64,000 nucleotides of DNA from Octopus vulgaris (GCA_951406725.2 OX597823.1:744001-808000), one strand, 5' to 3'. Shown: positions 23,883 through 38,320, numbered from the stretch's first letter. A program made the numbers and translations. Notes: generated by a model not told the origin, from the letters alone.

Positions 23883-24050
23883 TTTTACTCCATCAGTTGA
23901 ATGTAAATGATCTTTCAGCTGTTTGGCAGCATTGAGATGCCGGTCTCTATCACTCTCCTTGAGCAGACGTCGCATCACCTGGGAGAGTCGAGAGTCACCT
24001 GTAAAACTTTTCATAGAGTCTTCTTGCAGTTTCCTCTCATTTCTTGTCAA
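23883..24050 (-). pseudogene. SMG1: SMG1-like N-terminal exon, orphan in this window (pseudogene fragment or isolated exon)
   Basis: RKLQEDSMKSFTGDSRLSQVMRRLLKESDRDRHLNAAKQLKDHL resembles human SMG1 RKSQERSMSYSDESRLSNLLRRITREDDRDRRLATVKQLKEFI (from memory). Canonical phase-0 donor AAA|GTAAGT at 23882-23877. Confidence 0.72.
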
Positions 24051-24084
24051 TAGAGAAAGAGCTGGTTTTTAACCTACATCCAAG

Positions 24085-26223
24085 ACTCCTTAAATGGATA
24101 TTATCAACCTCATGTATACAAACTCGGTCAAGAGATGCACTTCAACACTTGATGGTTAAAAGATGTTGCTGAAAGGATATGATATGACATTCAAAGGCAT
24201 TTTGAATCGATGTTAAGCCTCTGCCACTTTGCTTTCGTTTTAGGTAGAGGCGGTCTACGTCACTGTTTATGTGGAAATTATGTGTGCTTGTTAGTATTTT
24301 CCGGGTTTTCACATCAACGGCTCGGATTTCATCAGGTGTCCAATCAAGTAGACCAAATGTACTGGCACAGTATGCACACTGTGGGCTACTGTTTTATTGA
24401 ATGCAGAGAGTTCTGAGCTCCAAATTTTCTTTATTCTGTTGTAATACTCATCAGTGACACGTATTTTGTTACAGGTGCCATTGTAAGATATGTTTTCATC
24501 CACCCCCAGATACCTGTAACATTCCTCGTCAGATACCGAGAAAACAGTCAAATCGTTGATGGAGATGTTATTAGTCTGGTTTACCGTTTTCTCCCTTTTC
24601 ACAACCATATAACATCATTTATCCCGACCAAACTCCAACCCTGCATCCTTTGAAAATGTTGTAACTAGGTCAAGGCTCTTTTTCATCTCATGCATATTCT
24701 TTGCATAAAGTTTTAAGTCAACCAAAAAGAAGCAGTGTGTGATTTTGGTATTTTTGTTTCCTTGTAAACCAGTGAGATATCCTTTAGACTTCCTTAACAT
24801 GATTGACAAGGGGTTTACAGAAAGTATAAACAACATCACAGAGAGGTTGTCTCCTTGGAATATGCCTTTGCGATACTGTATTCCGTCAGTGATAATACAG
24901 TCACTCTTCTGTTTTTAATTTCGAGATGGTGGCCCACGATGAAGTCAGGTCATCTATGGCTTTGACTATGATCACTGGAACTTTAGCAAGACGAAGGGCT
25001 TCTAGCATCCATGAGTGGGGAACAGAGTCAAAGGCTTTCTTGCAGTCTTGCCACATTGAAACTTGGTTCCTTCTGTGCTCTCGTACCTCTGACATCACAG
25101 TTTTGTTGATTAACAATTGCTCAGCACATCCCCAGGCTCCCTTCTTCCCAGCAGCTTGTTCTGCTGTGATAATGTTATTGGTTTCACAATTGTACTGGAG
25201 GAAGAGCTTTAAACATGCTGTATGTATCTTATATATTAAGTTCTGGCATGCAGTTGGCCGGTAGATTTTTGCCATGTGGGTAGTTTTGCATTTGGGGATC
25301 AATTTCGTCTCTGCCAGAGCTAACCAGTGTGGTATGCTACAGTTCCCATTGAGAGCTTGCTGGTACAGATTGATAAGATAGGGTCGGTAGAATGTTAGTT
25401 TCTCGAACCAATATCCAATAATCAAGTCTCTTCCAGGTGGTTTTCCATCTTGAAGGTTTTGAATCACAGTTGCAAGGGTATCACCATCGATGCTTGGGTG
25501 TAACACAGGAGTAATAACTTCTTTGGATTTCTTCCAGACGCAGAGCATCTTGGTTAAACTCCTTCTCTTCACTCTAGATTTTCCTCCAGAAGAAGTCTAT
25601 GTCTTCTTGTGAAGGAGCTTCTGTGATGTTCACTGCCCCCCTCATATACTGCTTCCAGGTTATGGTTGAATTTTTTGCTCATTGTTCTTCTCTCGGTTAT
25701 TCTCTGCTGATGTCGGGGTTTCTCACCGACAGCTTTTAGCTCCTGCTTGAGGGTAATCAGTTTGCAAGTGAGTGTCCTCTTTTTGCTGTCTCCAGACACC
25801 ATTTCCATCTCCTTCTTTACTCTCTGTCGGTCGGACGTTTAGTGATTTGCTTGTTTGCATGCAATAAGCATCATTTCTGATGGTCTTCCGTAAACCATTT
25901 ATCTTTTTCTCCGTCTTCAGAACCCATGATGGTGTTTTCTTTCTTGTTTTGGATTCGTTTACCTTTTTAATGCAAAGCTCTACATGAATATAAACAGTAT
26001 AGAGCAGATAGACAGGAGTTAATCTGCCAGAATGTGGGTTCACCACTCTGTTGTGAATACTCATCACCAATTTCGTTAACAGCTTTTAATACCGTATCTG
26101 GTGGGTTTGTTTTTTACTTACTTTGGTAGAGAATACTCTCTCCTCGAAGGAGTCCTTCAAAGCCAAAGTTATTTTTTCTCGGAAAATTTCAGTAAGGACA
26201 CATTTCACCGGCATATAATCTTG

Positions 26224-26264
<41 letters not shown>

Positions 26265-26877
26265 AATAATCGTTGTGGTTGTGCCTGCTATTTACCCTAA
26301 TCGTAGTTGGGGGGACAGTGGTCAGTTACTTGAGCCAGTAATGTAGTTTGGCTGGCTGGCATTATGGAATCTACTGGAATGTCGCTAACTGCGAAACCAC
26401 GTGGTGATCTTATGTCAGCCACGTTTACGTTTTTGTTTATAGAGTTGGGAACGAGATTAATTTTCGATTTTTTAATAAAGTTACATTTAGTTACAAACCT
26501 TCTTTCAATGTTCTACAAATGCTGCTTCTTGGCGTAGTTGCTTCGCAGTAAAATGGTTTAATTCTGGATGAAGATCGTCCCAATATGATTTCTATCTTTC
26601 ATACAGCCAACAGAGGGGTTTTGTTTCGCCTTTTCGCAGCAGTTAAATAGATCGTTATTCAATTCATAATTCCAAAAGAAACGAGTTTTGTAGTTACGGT
26701 TTCGGCGATCTTAGGTTTGTAGTAGCACGTTTCCATCGATGATTTCCGTAAAAAACTTTTATTTTTTTACATATGGGCTTGCGGGAACATTTCAAGTAAT
26801 GAGAGCGAAAGAGACTAAGAGGAAGCGATTTTATGACAAGGGAATTTCTTTAGAAGTTACCGAAGCATTGATGTACA

Positions 26878-26908
<31 letters not shown>

Positions 26909-27687
26909 GTGTGTTTGATGGAGTGTGGGAGACAGACAGTATGTTGTGTAAGTGAAGTGCTTCTGTTAGTGTGTGTGAAGAGACAGAGAGAGTAATGTGT
27001 GAAAGAGAGAGATAACTGAAATTTTTTACTCGGTATGTGTATATGTATGTATGCATGTATGTGTGTGTGTGTGTAAGTATGTGTGTGTGTATGTATGTAT
27101 GTATGTGTGTATGTCTGAATGTATGTGTGTGTGTAAGTATGTATGTGTGTATGTATGTATGTATGGCCGATTCAGTGTAATTATTTACTCGGTGTATGTG
27201 TATATGTATGTCTGAATGTATGTGTGTGTGTGTATGTGTGTATGTATGTATGTATGGCCGATTCAGTGTACACTGAATCGGCCATACATACATACATACA
27301 TACATACATACATACATACATACATACATACATACACACACACATACTTACACACACACACATACATAGATACATATACACACACATACATGCAGACATA
27401 CATATACACATACACCGAGTAAATAATTACACTGAATCGGCCATACATACATACATACACACACACATACATAGATACATACACACATACATAGATACAT
27501 ACACACATACACACACACATACATACACACACACACACACACATACATGCATACATATACACACACCGAGTAAAAAATTTCAGTTATCTCTGTCTTTCAC
27601 ACATTACTCTCTCTGTCTCTTCACACACACTAACAGAAGCACTTCACTTACACAACATGCTGTCTGTCTCCCACACTCCATCAAACA

Positions 27688-27721
<34 letters not shown>

Positions 27722-28012
27722 TGTACATCAATGCTTCGGTAACTTCAAAAGAAATTCCCTCGTCATAAAATCGCTTCCTCTTAGTCTCTTTCGCTCTCAT
27801 TACTTGAAATGTTCCCGCAAGCCCATATGTAAAAAAATAAAAGTTTTTTACGGAAATCATCGATGGAAACGTGCTACTACAAACGAAAGATCGCCACGGT
27901 TTCTTCTATAACTACAGCTAGTAAGAATTTGTTTACCTGTTCAGCTGTTTTTGTTCCGTTCTTCGATTGTGTTGTTGATGTTGTGTCCAGCCCTGTTGTT
28001 TGTAGTAACTTT
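24085..28012 (-). mobile_element. R4/Dong-like LINE, N-terminal region through RT, decayed, 3'-truncated, interrupted by a foldback element
   Basis: N-term WNYELNNDLFNC..AKQNP.VG / WDDLHPELNHFTAKQLR continues across the insertion. Then KPPGRDLI.GYW, YRP.AC.N, DCKKAFDSVPHSW, IFQGDNLS, LVDLKLY, YRYLG, RLYLKRKQSGRGL. Confidence 0.85.
26704..27895. mobile_element. Foldback/MITE DNA transposon: whole element is an inverted repeat, 8-bp TSD
   Basis: Ends GGCGATCTT...AAGATCGCC. TSD ACGGTTTC at 26696-26703 and 27896-27903. Centre GGCCGATTCAGTGT|ACACTGAATCGGCC at 27269/27270. Confidence 0.93.
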
Positions 28013-28014
28013 TA

Positions 28015-28272
28015 TGTGTGTATGTATGTATGTATGTATGTATGTATGTATGTATGTGTGTATATGTATGTATGTGTGTATGTGTGTGTGTGTATGTGTG
28101 TATGTGTGTATGTATGTATGTATGTATGTTTGTATGTATGTATGTGTGTGTGTGTATGTATGTATGTATGTATGTATGTATGTATGTATGTATGTATGTA
28201 TGTATGTATGTATGTATGTATGTGTGTATGTATGTATGTATGTATGTATGTATGTATGTGTGTATGTGTGTG

Positions 28273-28304
<32 letters not shown>

Positions 28305-28662
28305 TGTATGTATGTATGTATGTATGTATGTATGTATGTATGTATGTATGTATGCAGATTTGTATGTATGTATGTATGTATGTATGCATGTATGCATGTA
28401 TGTTTGTATGTATGTATGTGTGTATGTATGTATGTATATATGTATGTTTGTATGTATGTATGTGTGTATGTATGTATGTATGTATGTATGTATGTATGTA
28501 TGTGTGTATGTATGTATGTATGTATGTGTATATGTATGTATGTGTGTATGCATGTATGTGTGTATGTGTGTGTATATGTATGCATGTATGTATGTATGTA
28601 TGTATGTATGTATGTATGTATGTATGTATGTATGTGTGTGTATGTATGTATGTATGTATGTA
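28015..28662. repeat. (TATG)n/(TG)n microsatellite
   Basis: Direct inspection; similar tracts at 31365-31620, 46672-47395, 53670-54225. Confidence 0.95.
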
Positions 28663-28689
28663 CAGATTTATATGTTTTGTTTTGTGTAT

Positions 28690-28848
28690 TCTGATGCATA
28701 TAGCTGCATATCTAGACTTAAATGATAAACGTCTGAAAAGTTTTGCGCATTTTTACAGTTCCAGTGATGGATTGGATCTGTAGTCTTCGAATCAGCTTTC
28801 TCCTTTCTGGTTTAGAGAAGCCTAATTTCTCAAGATTGGTATTTAATG
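28690..28848 (-). mobile_element. 3' end of an RLE LINE (similar to 43700-44050)
   Basis: NLEKLGFSKPERRKLIRRLQIQSITGTVKMRKTFQTF. Confidence 0.7.
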
Positions 28849-28861
28849 TATGTATATGTGT

Positions 28862-28894
<33 letters not shown>

Positions 28895-28904
28895 ATCAAA
28901 CATC

Positions 28905-30126
28905 GTTTTCTGTTTATTCTAACTTGTAAAGGTTTATATTTCTTATTAATTGGCATTTTTATTTTTCAGATTCTATATGTGACTGTTTAATGATGCCATA
29001 AACAAAAGAAACCTCAGAACTGTCTGAATTTCAAAGAGGCCATATTGTGGGTCATTCTCAAGGTTGATATCGTCAGCGTAAAATCTTAGCAGAAAACCTT
29101 AGGATCCTGCTTTCTACAGTTAATAGAGTGATTGTGCAATTCACCAGAGAGGGGAAAGAATCCACATCACCTTGTCCAGATTAACCAGGGCCCTATGACA
29201 AGACCTTTCTCTTTGCTAAGGGAAGTGTGGAGGATAATCCTTGTTGCAAGACCTCTGACATAACAGAGCAAATTGATGTCAGTCCCAGAACAGCTGTCAG
29301 GTATCTCCACAAACTTGGTTACTATGGCAGAGCAAGAAGAAGGAAGCCACATCTTTGACCAGCCAATATGAAGCAGAGAAAAGATATGGCCAGTGAGATG
29401 GTGGAGAGGCCATTAGCATTTTGGGACACTGTCATGTTCTCTGATGAGTCCATGATTTGCTGTATTTCCTAGCAGTGGTTGTGTGTGGGTCTGGAGACTC
29501 TGTGATCAGGAATTTGATGTGAAAAGATTGCAACCAGCAATGGAACACGGCAGCTATTCTGTGATGGAATGGGGAACAATTTGGAGAAATGGTTGATCAG
29601 AGCTGGTGGAGTGTGAGGGAAAGATAAACTCAAATAAATATGTGTCCATATTGCAGAAAGGACTCCTTCCAAACTTCTCCAGTGGTGAAATGATTAAAGA
29701 AGACTCTTTATTTGTGGAAGATGGGATTCCTTGTCACATGGTTAAAATGACCCAAGATTTGTCAGAAAAGAATGGCATTAGAAAGCTTCCAAAGCTAAGC
29801 CAGTCACCAGATATGAACCCTATAGAACAACACCTCTTGGGTATAATGGACAGGACATTTCATAAACAGAACAAGAAAGCATCTTCAAAGCCAGATCTTT
29901 TGAGATTTTTGCATGAAACTTGGCAAGAAATTCCACAAGAGAATATTCATCATCTGATCAGTAACATGCCTAATAGGGAGGGTCCTTGGATTGAAAAAGG
30001 CAAAGAGCATGTCTACTAAATATTAAATGTTCACATTATAACAACAAATAATTTGAATGTATAATTTCAGATTTAAATAAATTTTAATAAATATAAGGGT
30101 GTTTATTTACTTTTTACATGTCTGTG
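28905..30126 (+). mobile_element. Tc1-like DD34E transposon, decayed
   Basis: ELSEFQRGHIVG (HTH), VMFSDES, FVEDGIPCH..SPDMNPIE with 34 residues between D and E. 3' TIR GGGTGTTTATTTACTTTTTACATGTCTGTG|TA is complementary to the start of the 46190 copy. Confidence 0.88.
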
Positions 30127-30139
30127 TATATATAAGATG

Positions 30140-31362
30140 AGGGTCTGCAATGAATATACTATTCAGGGTACAAGTAGGGGTTCACCAAGGATCAGTCCTC
30201 AGCCCCTCTTGTTCATCATAATCCTCCAGACAATAACAGAGGAATTTAAGTCAGGCTTCCCCCTGGGAGTGACCTTGTTTTTATAGTTGATTTACTAGCA
30301 GAACTAGAGAAAGAATTCTAGGTGTGTAGACAAGGTCTAGAATCAAAGGGCCTTAGAGTTGATTCAGTGAAAAACTAAAGTTTTAATGAGTAGGAAGGTG
30401 GACAAGTCACAAATCCCTTCTCAATATGTAGAAAAGGCATAGGCAGAAATTGCATAAGGTGTGCCTGGTGCAAGCTTTGGATGCATAAGAGGTGCAGCAA
30501 TATCAGAGGAAGGTTAACGGGGATAACAGTCTTTGCGTGTGGCAGATGTCCAGGTACAATAAACACTAGGAATGTACAGAAAACAGACTCTATCAAATGC
30601 CAGTGGAGATACCTAGAAGTAGTTGGTAGCTTCCATTATCTAGGTGACCAAGTTAGCAGTGGAGGTGGGTGCTCTGAGAGAGTAGCTGCAAGAATAAGAA
30701 TAAGCTGGGCAAAGTTCAAAGAGCTTCTACTTCTGTTGGTAACAAAAGGCCTCTCCATCAAAATGAAAGGCAGACTGTATGTTACCTGTGTGTGAACAGC
30801 CATGCTTCTTGGCAAGGCTTGAAAGAAATGAAGCTTGTAAGCTTTATTAGATGTGCAATATCAGTGTGCATGTAAAAACATAGTGTAAATGTCTTGAGAT
30901 GTGGTGTGCAAGAAAGATGAATGCACTGGCATGGTCAGGTGATGCATATGGACGAGGACAGCTGTGTGAAGACTTGCCAATCTCTAACTGTGGAGGGAAA
31001 CTGTGGAAGAGGTAGACCCAGGAAGATATGGGATGAGGTGGTGCAGCATGACCTCCAAATGTTAGACCCCACAGAGGTGACCAAGACCTTTGGCAATCTG
31101 CTGAGCTTGAGAAGACTCATCAAACCAAGTGAATCCTTCATTGTGGCCATTGCTAGTGTCATGGAAGTGGCAAACATTCTGGTGGCACATAAGCAGCACC
31201 CCATTACACTCACGGAGTGGTTGGTGTTAGGAAGGGCATCCAGCTGTAGAGACCCTGCCAAATTCAGATCGGAGTCAGGTGCGACTCCCTGGTTTAACAG
31301 TTTTCAGTCAAACTAACCCATGCCAGCATGGAAAGTGGATATTAAATAATGATGATAATGAT
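30140..31362 (+). mobile_element. RTE LINE, 5'-truncated (RT C-half, PHD-type finger, 3' tail)
   Basis: GVHQGSVLSP, WMHKRCSNIRGRL..F.CGRC, LEVVGSFHYLGD, GRGRPRK.WDEVV, conserved tail and (GAT)n. Confidence 0.9.
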
Positions 31363-31755
31363 GTATGACTGTGTGTATGTATGTGTATGTATGTATGTAT
31401 GTATGTATGCATGTATGTATGTATGTATGTATGTATGTATGTATGTATGTATGTATGTATGTATGTATGTATGTGTGTGTATGTATGTGTATGTATGTAT
31501 GTGTGTATGTATGTATGTGTGTATGTATGTGTGTATGCATGTGTATGTATGTATATGTGTATGCATGTGTATGTATGTATGTGAATATGTATGTGTGTTT
31601 GTATGTATGTATGTATGTATATATAATGTTTTTGGATTAGTACCCGATGCAACACAAAATCCTACCCATAACGAACAGTTGCAGGATGAGTCAAAATGAT
31701 TATTGTATTAAACAAAAACTAATGCCAAATCTATTTTCTGTTTCCTTCATCAATT

Positions 31756-31787
<32 letters not shown>

Positions 31788-31904
31788 TAATACAGAAAGG
31801 ATTGAGGTAAATCCTCCTGAAGATATACAGTCAAATTTAAAAGAAGAGTGCCATTGGCATCTTGTGTGTCTTTAACTGGTTCAAAAAATAAATTTGTCAA
31901 TCTA

Positions 31905-32960
31905 CTTCATTTTGGTTAATATAGAAACCTGTGACCATATGTTTGACCAGAATCTTTTGTATTTTTCAGTATCTGGAATGGCTTTTTCACTTTTTTCTTT
32001 CCCATCCAGTTTCTGATAGACTTGTTTCTGATTTTGTTTGAAAAGTCTGTTTAACCTGTGCTGCTCAATTCTCTGTTCACATCTCTTTAGTTTATGTGCT
32101 TCAGCTTTCAACCTCTGTTTTGATTCCTCAATCACAACATTGATTCCCCTTCTCCTCACCCTATACTTCCTCTCAACATGTTTCTCTCACAGAACTTTAT
32201 TTCTCTTTTTCCTTTCCAGAATATTAATATGCTTTCTTGTCTCGTTAATAGACTTTGTTATTCTGGGCTACAAAGATTGAGATTGCATTTATGACATTGT
32301 GGGTGTCTGTGATGTTGTCTGCCCTGATATCACCAGTGATATCATTTATCTTCCTGACCCATTCAATGAGTTTCTTTCTGTCTATTTTTTAAACCCCATA
32401 TAAAAGTTCTGCTCACCAGAGGTCCAACTATCAATAATTTCATTTAAAATGGATATCTGTTCCTCGGTTCTCTCATCGCTTTCCTGATCAATAATCTCAG
32501 CCTCCTGCTCGCTTTCTTCCTTCAACTCCACTGCCATACTTTCCCCATCTGCATTCCCTTCCAAACCCTTCCGTTCACCACTGCTATTACTATCCCTAAG
32601 CATCCGTCACGTAATGCTTTCTAGTTCAACTAGAGATAACCATTCATACTTTCTGATGGCTCCAGCTTGGCCACACAGGCCCCTGTCGCTCTGCACCCTG
32701 TGCATTCTTTCCCTATATCCCCTAGCAGGTACTTCATTATCATTTCTTGGATTAACCAGAAAGTAGCCCTCCATTACAGCCACATTCATTTCTTCCGTCC
32801 ACTTTCTTTTAGCAGTTGTTTAATGATGATTGGGCCCATGATGCTCAGCCATGGGGCACCCACCAGGAAGAGACCTTCACAAGGTGCTCCAGCCTCATAC
32901 ATGCCATTCTCATTTCTATTTTCAATTGACATTTCAGCTCCCATGATGAGGGTTAGGGAA
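31905..32960 (-). mobile_element. R4/Dong-like LINE 5' ORF region, decayed
   Basis: NVAVMEGYFL..P....PARGYRERMH.., EESKQRLKA.AHKLKR.EQRIEQHRLNRLF.QNQKQVY, RFWSNIW. Confidence 0.7.
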
Positions 32961-33096
32961 ATTTTAGGATGCACAACCACCAGTATATTTTTTTCCCATG
33001 ACACCATCACTGACATGATCTCCACTCTAGGTTATAAGATTCCTGTATTCCTGGTTTCATTTTTGGAATTTCTGTCTTTGTTATCTATTTATCTAT

Positions 33097-33139
<43 letters not shown>

Positions 33140-33145
33140 TCTATT

Positions 33146-33974
<829 letters not shown>

Positions 33975-34004
33975 GTATATATACATACATATATATATAT
34001 ATAT

Positions 34005-34860
34005 ACCAATTTAGGGACGATACAACCTCGAGACAACGAATAAGTAAAGAAAATCTCTTTATTACAAAATACAGGCCACTTCTTAACGGGTCTATGACAA
34101 ACAATTAATATACCTCAACTTTAGAATAAAAGAAATATATACACACACAAATATTACACTCCATAGAATCCATTACTAATCAGCCCCATCACAGCTATAC
34201 TTTCACCCATTCATATTCTCCCTTCTCTGTTTTTTTCTTCTTCTTCCTCTTCTTCTTCATCATCATCATTATCATCATCATCGTCGTCATCATCATCACC
34301 ACCATCATCACCATCATCTTCTCCTTCTCCTTCTTCTTCTTCTTCTTCTTCTTCTTCTTCTTCTTCTTCTTCATCATCATCATCATCAACATCGTCATCA
34401 TCTTCTTCTTCTGCTACTTCTCCACCTTCTACCCCTTAACCTTGTCACTAATGTCTTTCAGTATAACGCCTACGCAAATTCCATAAACAATTCCTGAATT
34501 GAACTGCGACTGCTGTCAGCCACTGACCATTCAAAATATGACCATCAAGGCATTCCCAGATTTCCCCACCCCCTCTCCACATCAGCCTCCTTATTCTTCA
34601 CCTACCCTACCAAGAACTCACAACGACCTCGACCTCGAACACACAAGTGCAAACAAGGGAGTCAGAGAAAGGCAGAATGCTACTTATATCTGAACACTAC
34701 TATAGAAATATTCTTTTAAAAAAACTTTTCTTCTAATTTTTCTAAATTTAATTATTTAATCGTTACAGTTGAAAAGGTCTCAAAATGACCGAAACCGGTA
34801 CTGAAAGATTCACTATAAAATTATCTTAGCATTTTCTATTTTTGACTTGTTTTTTCATAT
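34005..34860 (+). mobile_element. Penelope-like element 3' remnant with degenerate hammerhead
   Basis: RQRISKENLFITKYRPLLN resembles a GIY-YIG domain C-terminus. CAG TTGAAAA GGTC..GACC GAAA CCGG TA CTG at 34766-34803. Confidence 0.65.
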
Positions 34861-34863
34861 ATA

Positions 34864-34903
<40 letters not shown>

Positions 34904-34906
<3 letters not shown>

Positions 34907-37900
34907 TCATCATCAACATTGTTTAACGTCCGTTTTCCCTGCTGGTATGGGTTGGATGGTTTGACTGAAGACTGGCAAGCCAGTAGACTGCACCGGGCTC
35001 CAATCTGATCTGGCAGAGTTTCTACAGCTGGATGCCCTTCCTAACACCAACCACTCCTAGAGTGTAGTGCAGCATTGGCATCGGCCACATTCGGATGGTG
35101 CTTTTTACCTGCCACCTGCACAGGTGTCAATCAGGCAGCACTGACCATGACTACAGTTTCAATTTCACTTGATTTAAGAGGTCTTCTCAAGCACATCATA
35201 TCGCGTAATGATTCAAGGGTACTTTTAAATGTGCTGATTATGTGATACTGAGATTAGCCATGGCTGCGATCTCACTTTACTTGCTGGGTCTTCTCAAACT
35301 CAGCATATCTCCAAAGGTCATGGTCTCTTGTCATTGCCTCTGTGAGGCCCAATGTTTGAAGGTCATGCTTCACCACCTCATCCCATGTCTTCCTGGGTCT
35401 ACCTCTTCTACAGGTTCCCTCCACAGTTAGGCTGTGGCACTTCCTCACACAGCTGTCCTCACCCATACATAGCACATGACCATACCAGCTCAGTCATCTC
35501 TCTTGCACACCACATCTGATGCTTCTTATGTCCAACATTTTTTCTCAGGATGCTTACACTCTGTTGTGTATGCACACTGACATTATACATCCAGTGGAGC
35601 ATACTAGCTTCATTTCTTTCAAGCCTATGCATATCCTCAACTGTCACAGCCCATGTTTCACTGCCATGTAGCATGGCTCTTTATACACATGCGTCATACA
35701 GTCTACCTTTCATTCTGAGTGAGAAGACCTTTGTTACCAGCAGAGGTAGGAGCTTTCTGAACTTTTCCCAGGCCATTCTTATTCTAGCAGCTATGCTCTC
35801 AGAGCATCCACTCCAGCTACAGACTTGGTCACCTAGGTAGTGGAAGCTATCAACTACTTCTAGTTTTTTTCCCCTGGCATGTGATGGAATCTGTTTTCTG
35901 TACATCTTCAGTGTTTATTGCCCCTGTGCATCTGCCACACACAAAAACTATCTTCCTGGTTAACCTTCCTTTCATATTGCTGCACCTCTTATGTGTCCAT
36001 AGCTTACACCAGGTACATCTTATGGAGTTTCTACTTACACCATTTCTACAGATCAAGCAGGGCCATCTACCTGAAAGCATTTGTGATTTGTCTACCTTCC
36101 TACTTATTAAGAATTTGGTATTTGCTAGATTGACTCTTAGGCCCTTTGATTCTAGACCTTGCTTCCATACTTGAAACTTCATCTCTAGTTCTGGTAGTGA
36201 CTCAGCTATTAGAGCAAAGTCATCAGCATGAGGAGCTCTCAGGGGCAGCCTGTCTTTAATCTCTGTTATTACCTGCAGGACTATGATGAACAATGGGGGC
36301 TGAGGACTGATCCTTGGTGGACCCCTATGTCTACCTGAAATTCTTCATCATACTCATTGCCAACCCTCGCCTTACTGACAGCATCCCTGTACAGGGTTTA
36401 TACAGCTCTTACCAACCACTCATCTATCCCTAGTTTCTGCATTGACCACCAGATAAGGGATCTGGAGACCCTGTCAAAGGCTTTCTCAAAGTCAACAAAA
36501 GCCAAGTACAGAGGTTTATCTTTGACTATGTATTTCTCCCGCAGTTGCCTCACTAGAAATATAGCATCAGTGGTGCTTCTACCTGGCACAAAACCAAACT
36601 GCATCTCATCTAGACTGACTCTTTCCCTAATTAGTTGGGCTATGACCCTCTCCGTGACCTTCATTACCTGATCCAGCAATTTGATACCTCTGTAGTTATT
36701 TCTATCTAAAGCATCACCCTTACCCTTGTAGCAGTTGACTATGGTGCTGCTACACCAGTCATTGGGTATGACTCCTTCATGAACTCCCTGATTTATGATG
36801 TCGGTGACAAGACCATAACCCACACTGTCCGATATTTTAAGCATCCTAGCAGTGATTCCTGATAGGCCAGGTGCTTTCCCTGTCTTCATATTCTTAATTG
36901 CTTTATCTACCAGGGTACTGTCAATTTGGATCTCTGGTCTCTCAATTGGGTCAACATTTGACAGACTCTCCTCCTCTCATTCATTCTCCACATTCAGTAG
37001 TCTTTCATAATAGCATCTTTAAGCCTCTTTCTTTTCCGAATCATTAAATGCAAGTGCACCATCATCCATGCAGACACATTTTTCTCTTATGACATCAAAA
37101 TTTTCTCTCATACACTATTTTGCAATCCTTCAATTCTGTGGTTCTCATGTTGCTGAACATTGGCAAACTTCTTTTCTGCTTCTCCCTTGGCTATATATAC
37201 CTGTCTTCTAGCTTCCCTTCTGGCTAACTGATACATTTCCCTGCTGCCTCCACTCTTCCAGGCCTTCCAAAGCTTGTTTCTTAGCTCTAATGGCCCTGTC
37301 TACAGTATTGTTCCACCACCACGTTACTCTAGGTCTGGAAGGGATTTGCATCAACCACAGATTTGGTCTGTGGTGCTCAGCAAGCTGTCTCACAGGAATT
37401 CTCAGTTGCCCTCTCTGTCACAAGTGTGTAGCTCCTCCTCCCTCTCATCAAATTTCTCAGTGAGAATGTCCCTAAATCTCTGACCATGTGAAGGTATCTT
37501 AAGCTTCCAAATCCTTCTTTTCCAGATCGGTCTGCTTCTTGGCATTCTTCTGGCCTGGAGTCTAAAGTCACTAATGACTAGTCTATGCTGGGGGGTACAT
37601 TCTTCATCAGGGAAGGTCATTGTATTTAAGAGCAACCCTGCATCCTGCTGTCTGATGAGGATGAAATCCATCTGGCTTGCAGAGTCACCTGATTGATAGG
37701 TTATCAGGTGGCTGGCTGGCTTCCTGAAGTTGGCATTGCAGATCAATTGTTGCTTGCATGACAGAACTCCAGTAGCCTAGTTCCCCTTCGTTTCGGAAAC
37801 AAATTCCAAGCCCCACCCCCATGAACACCATGGAAGATACCAGGTTGCCGTCTGACATACCCATTCAAGTCTCCAGCCACAAAGATGAAGTCATTGTCGC

Positions 37901-38320
37901 TAATCTTTGAGGTAACCTATAGTAGAATATCATAAAAGTGGTCCTTCTGTTCATTTGGTAGGCCCACTTGTGGGGCATAGGCAGAGATAATTGTAGCTAT
38001 AACATTCTGCAGGACTAGCCTGAGTTTAATTATATCCATCGCACACCATGATTACCTCTACGACCTTATCCACCCATTTCTCTGTAAGATGTATGCCTAC
38101 ACCACATACTCTGTCACAGTTACCTTCCCAGAAGAGTTTATACCTATGTGCCTAGCCTGTGAGGACCCTGGCTGAAGCTCTTCTCCACCTTACCTCTTGT
38201 ATGCAGCATACATCAACATGTCTCCATTCAAACATCTCTACAATCTCACTAGAACTACATTTCAATGGGCCTACATTGATAGTGCCAACTCTGAAAACTG
38301 GGAAAAGGATGTGGGAGGAA
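34904..38320 (-). mobile_element. Near full-length RTE LINE (APE - RT with inserted PHD-type finger - thumb - 3' UTR), decayed
   Basis: FRVGTINVG..VDVCCIQEVRW, QHRLVISDF, KAPGLSG, FVDFEKAFDRV, HADD, C4HC3, DSFHYLGD, GRPRKTWDEVV, conserved tail, (ATC)n on +. Confidence 0.93.
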
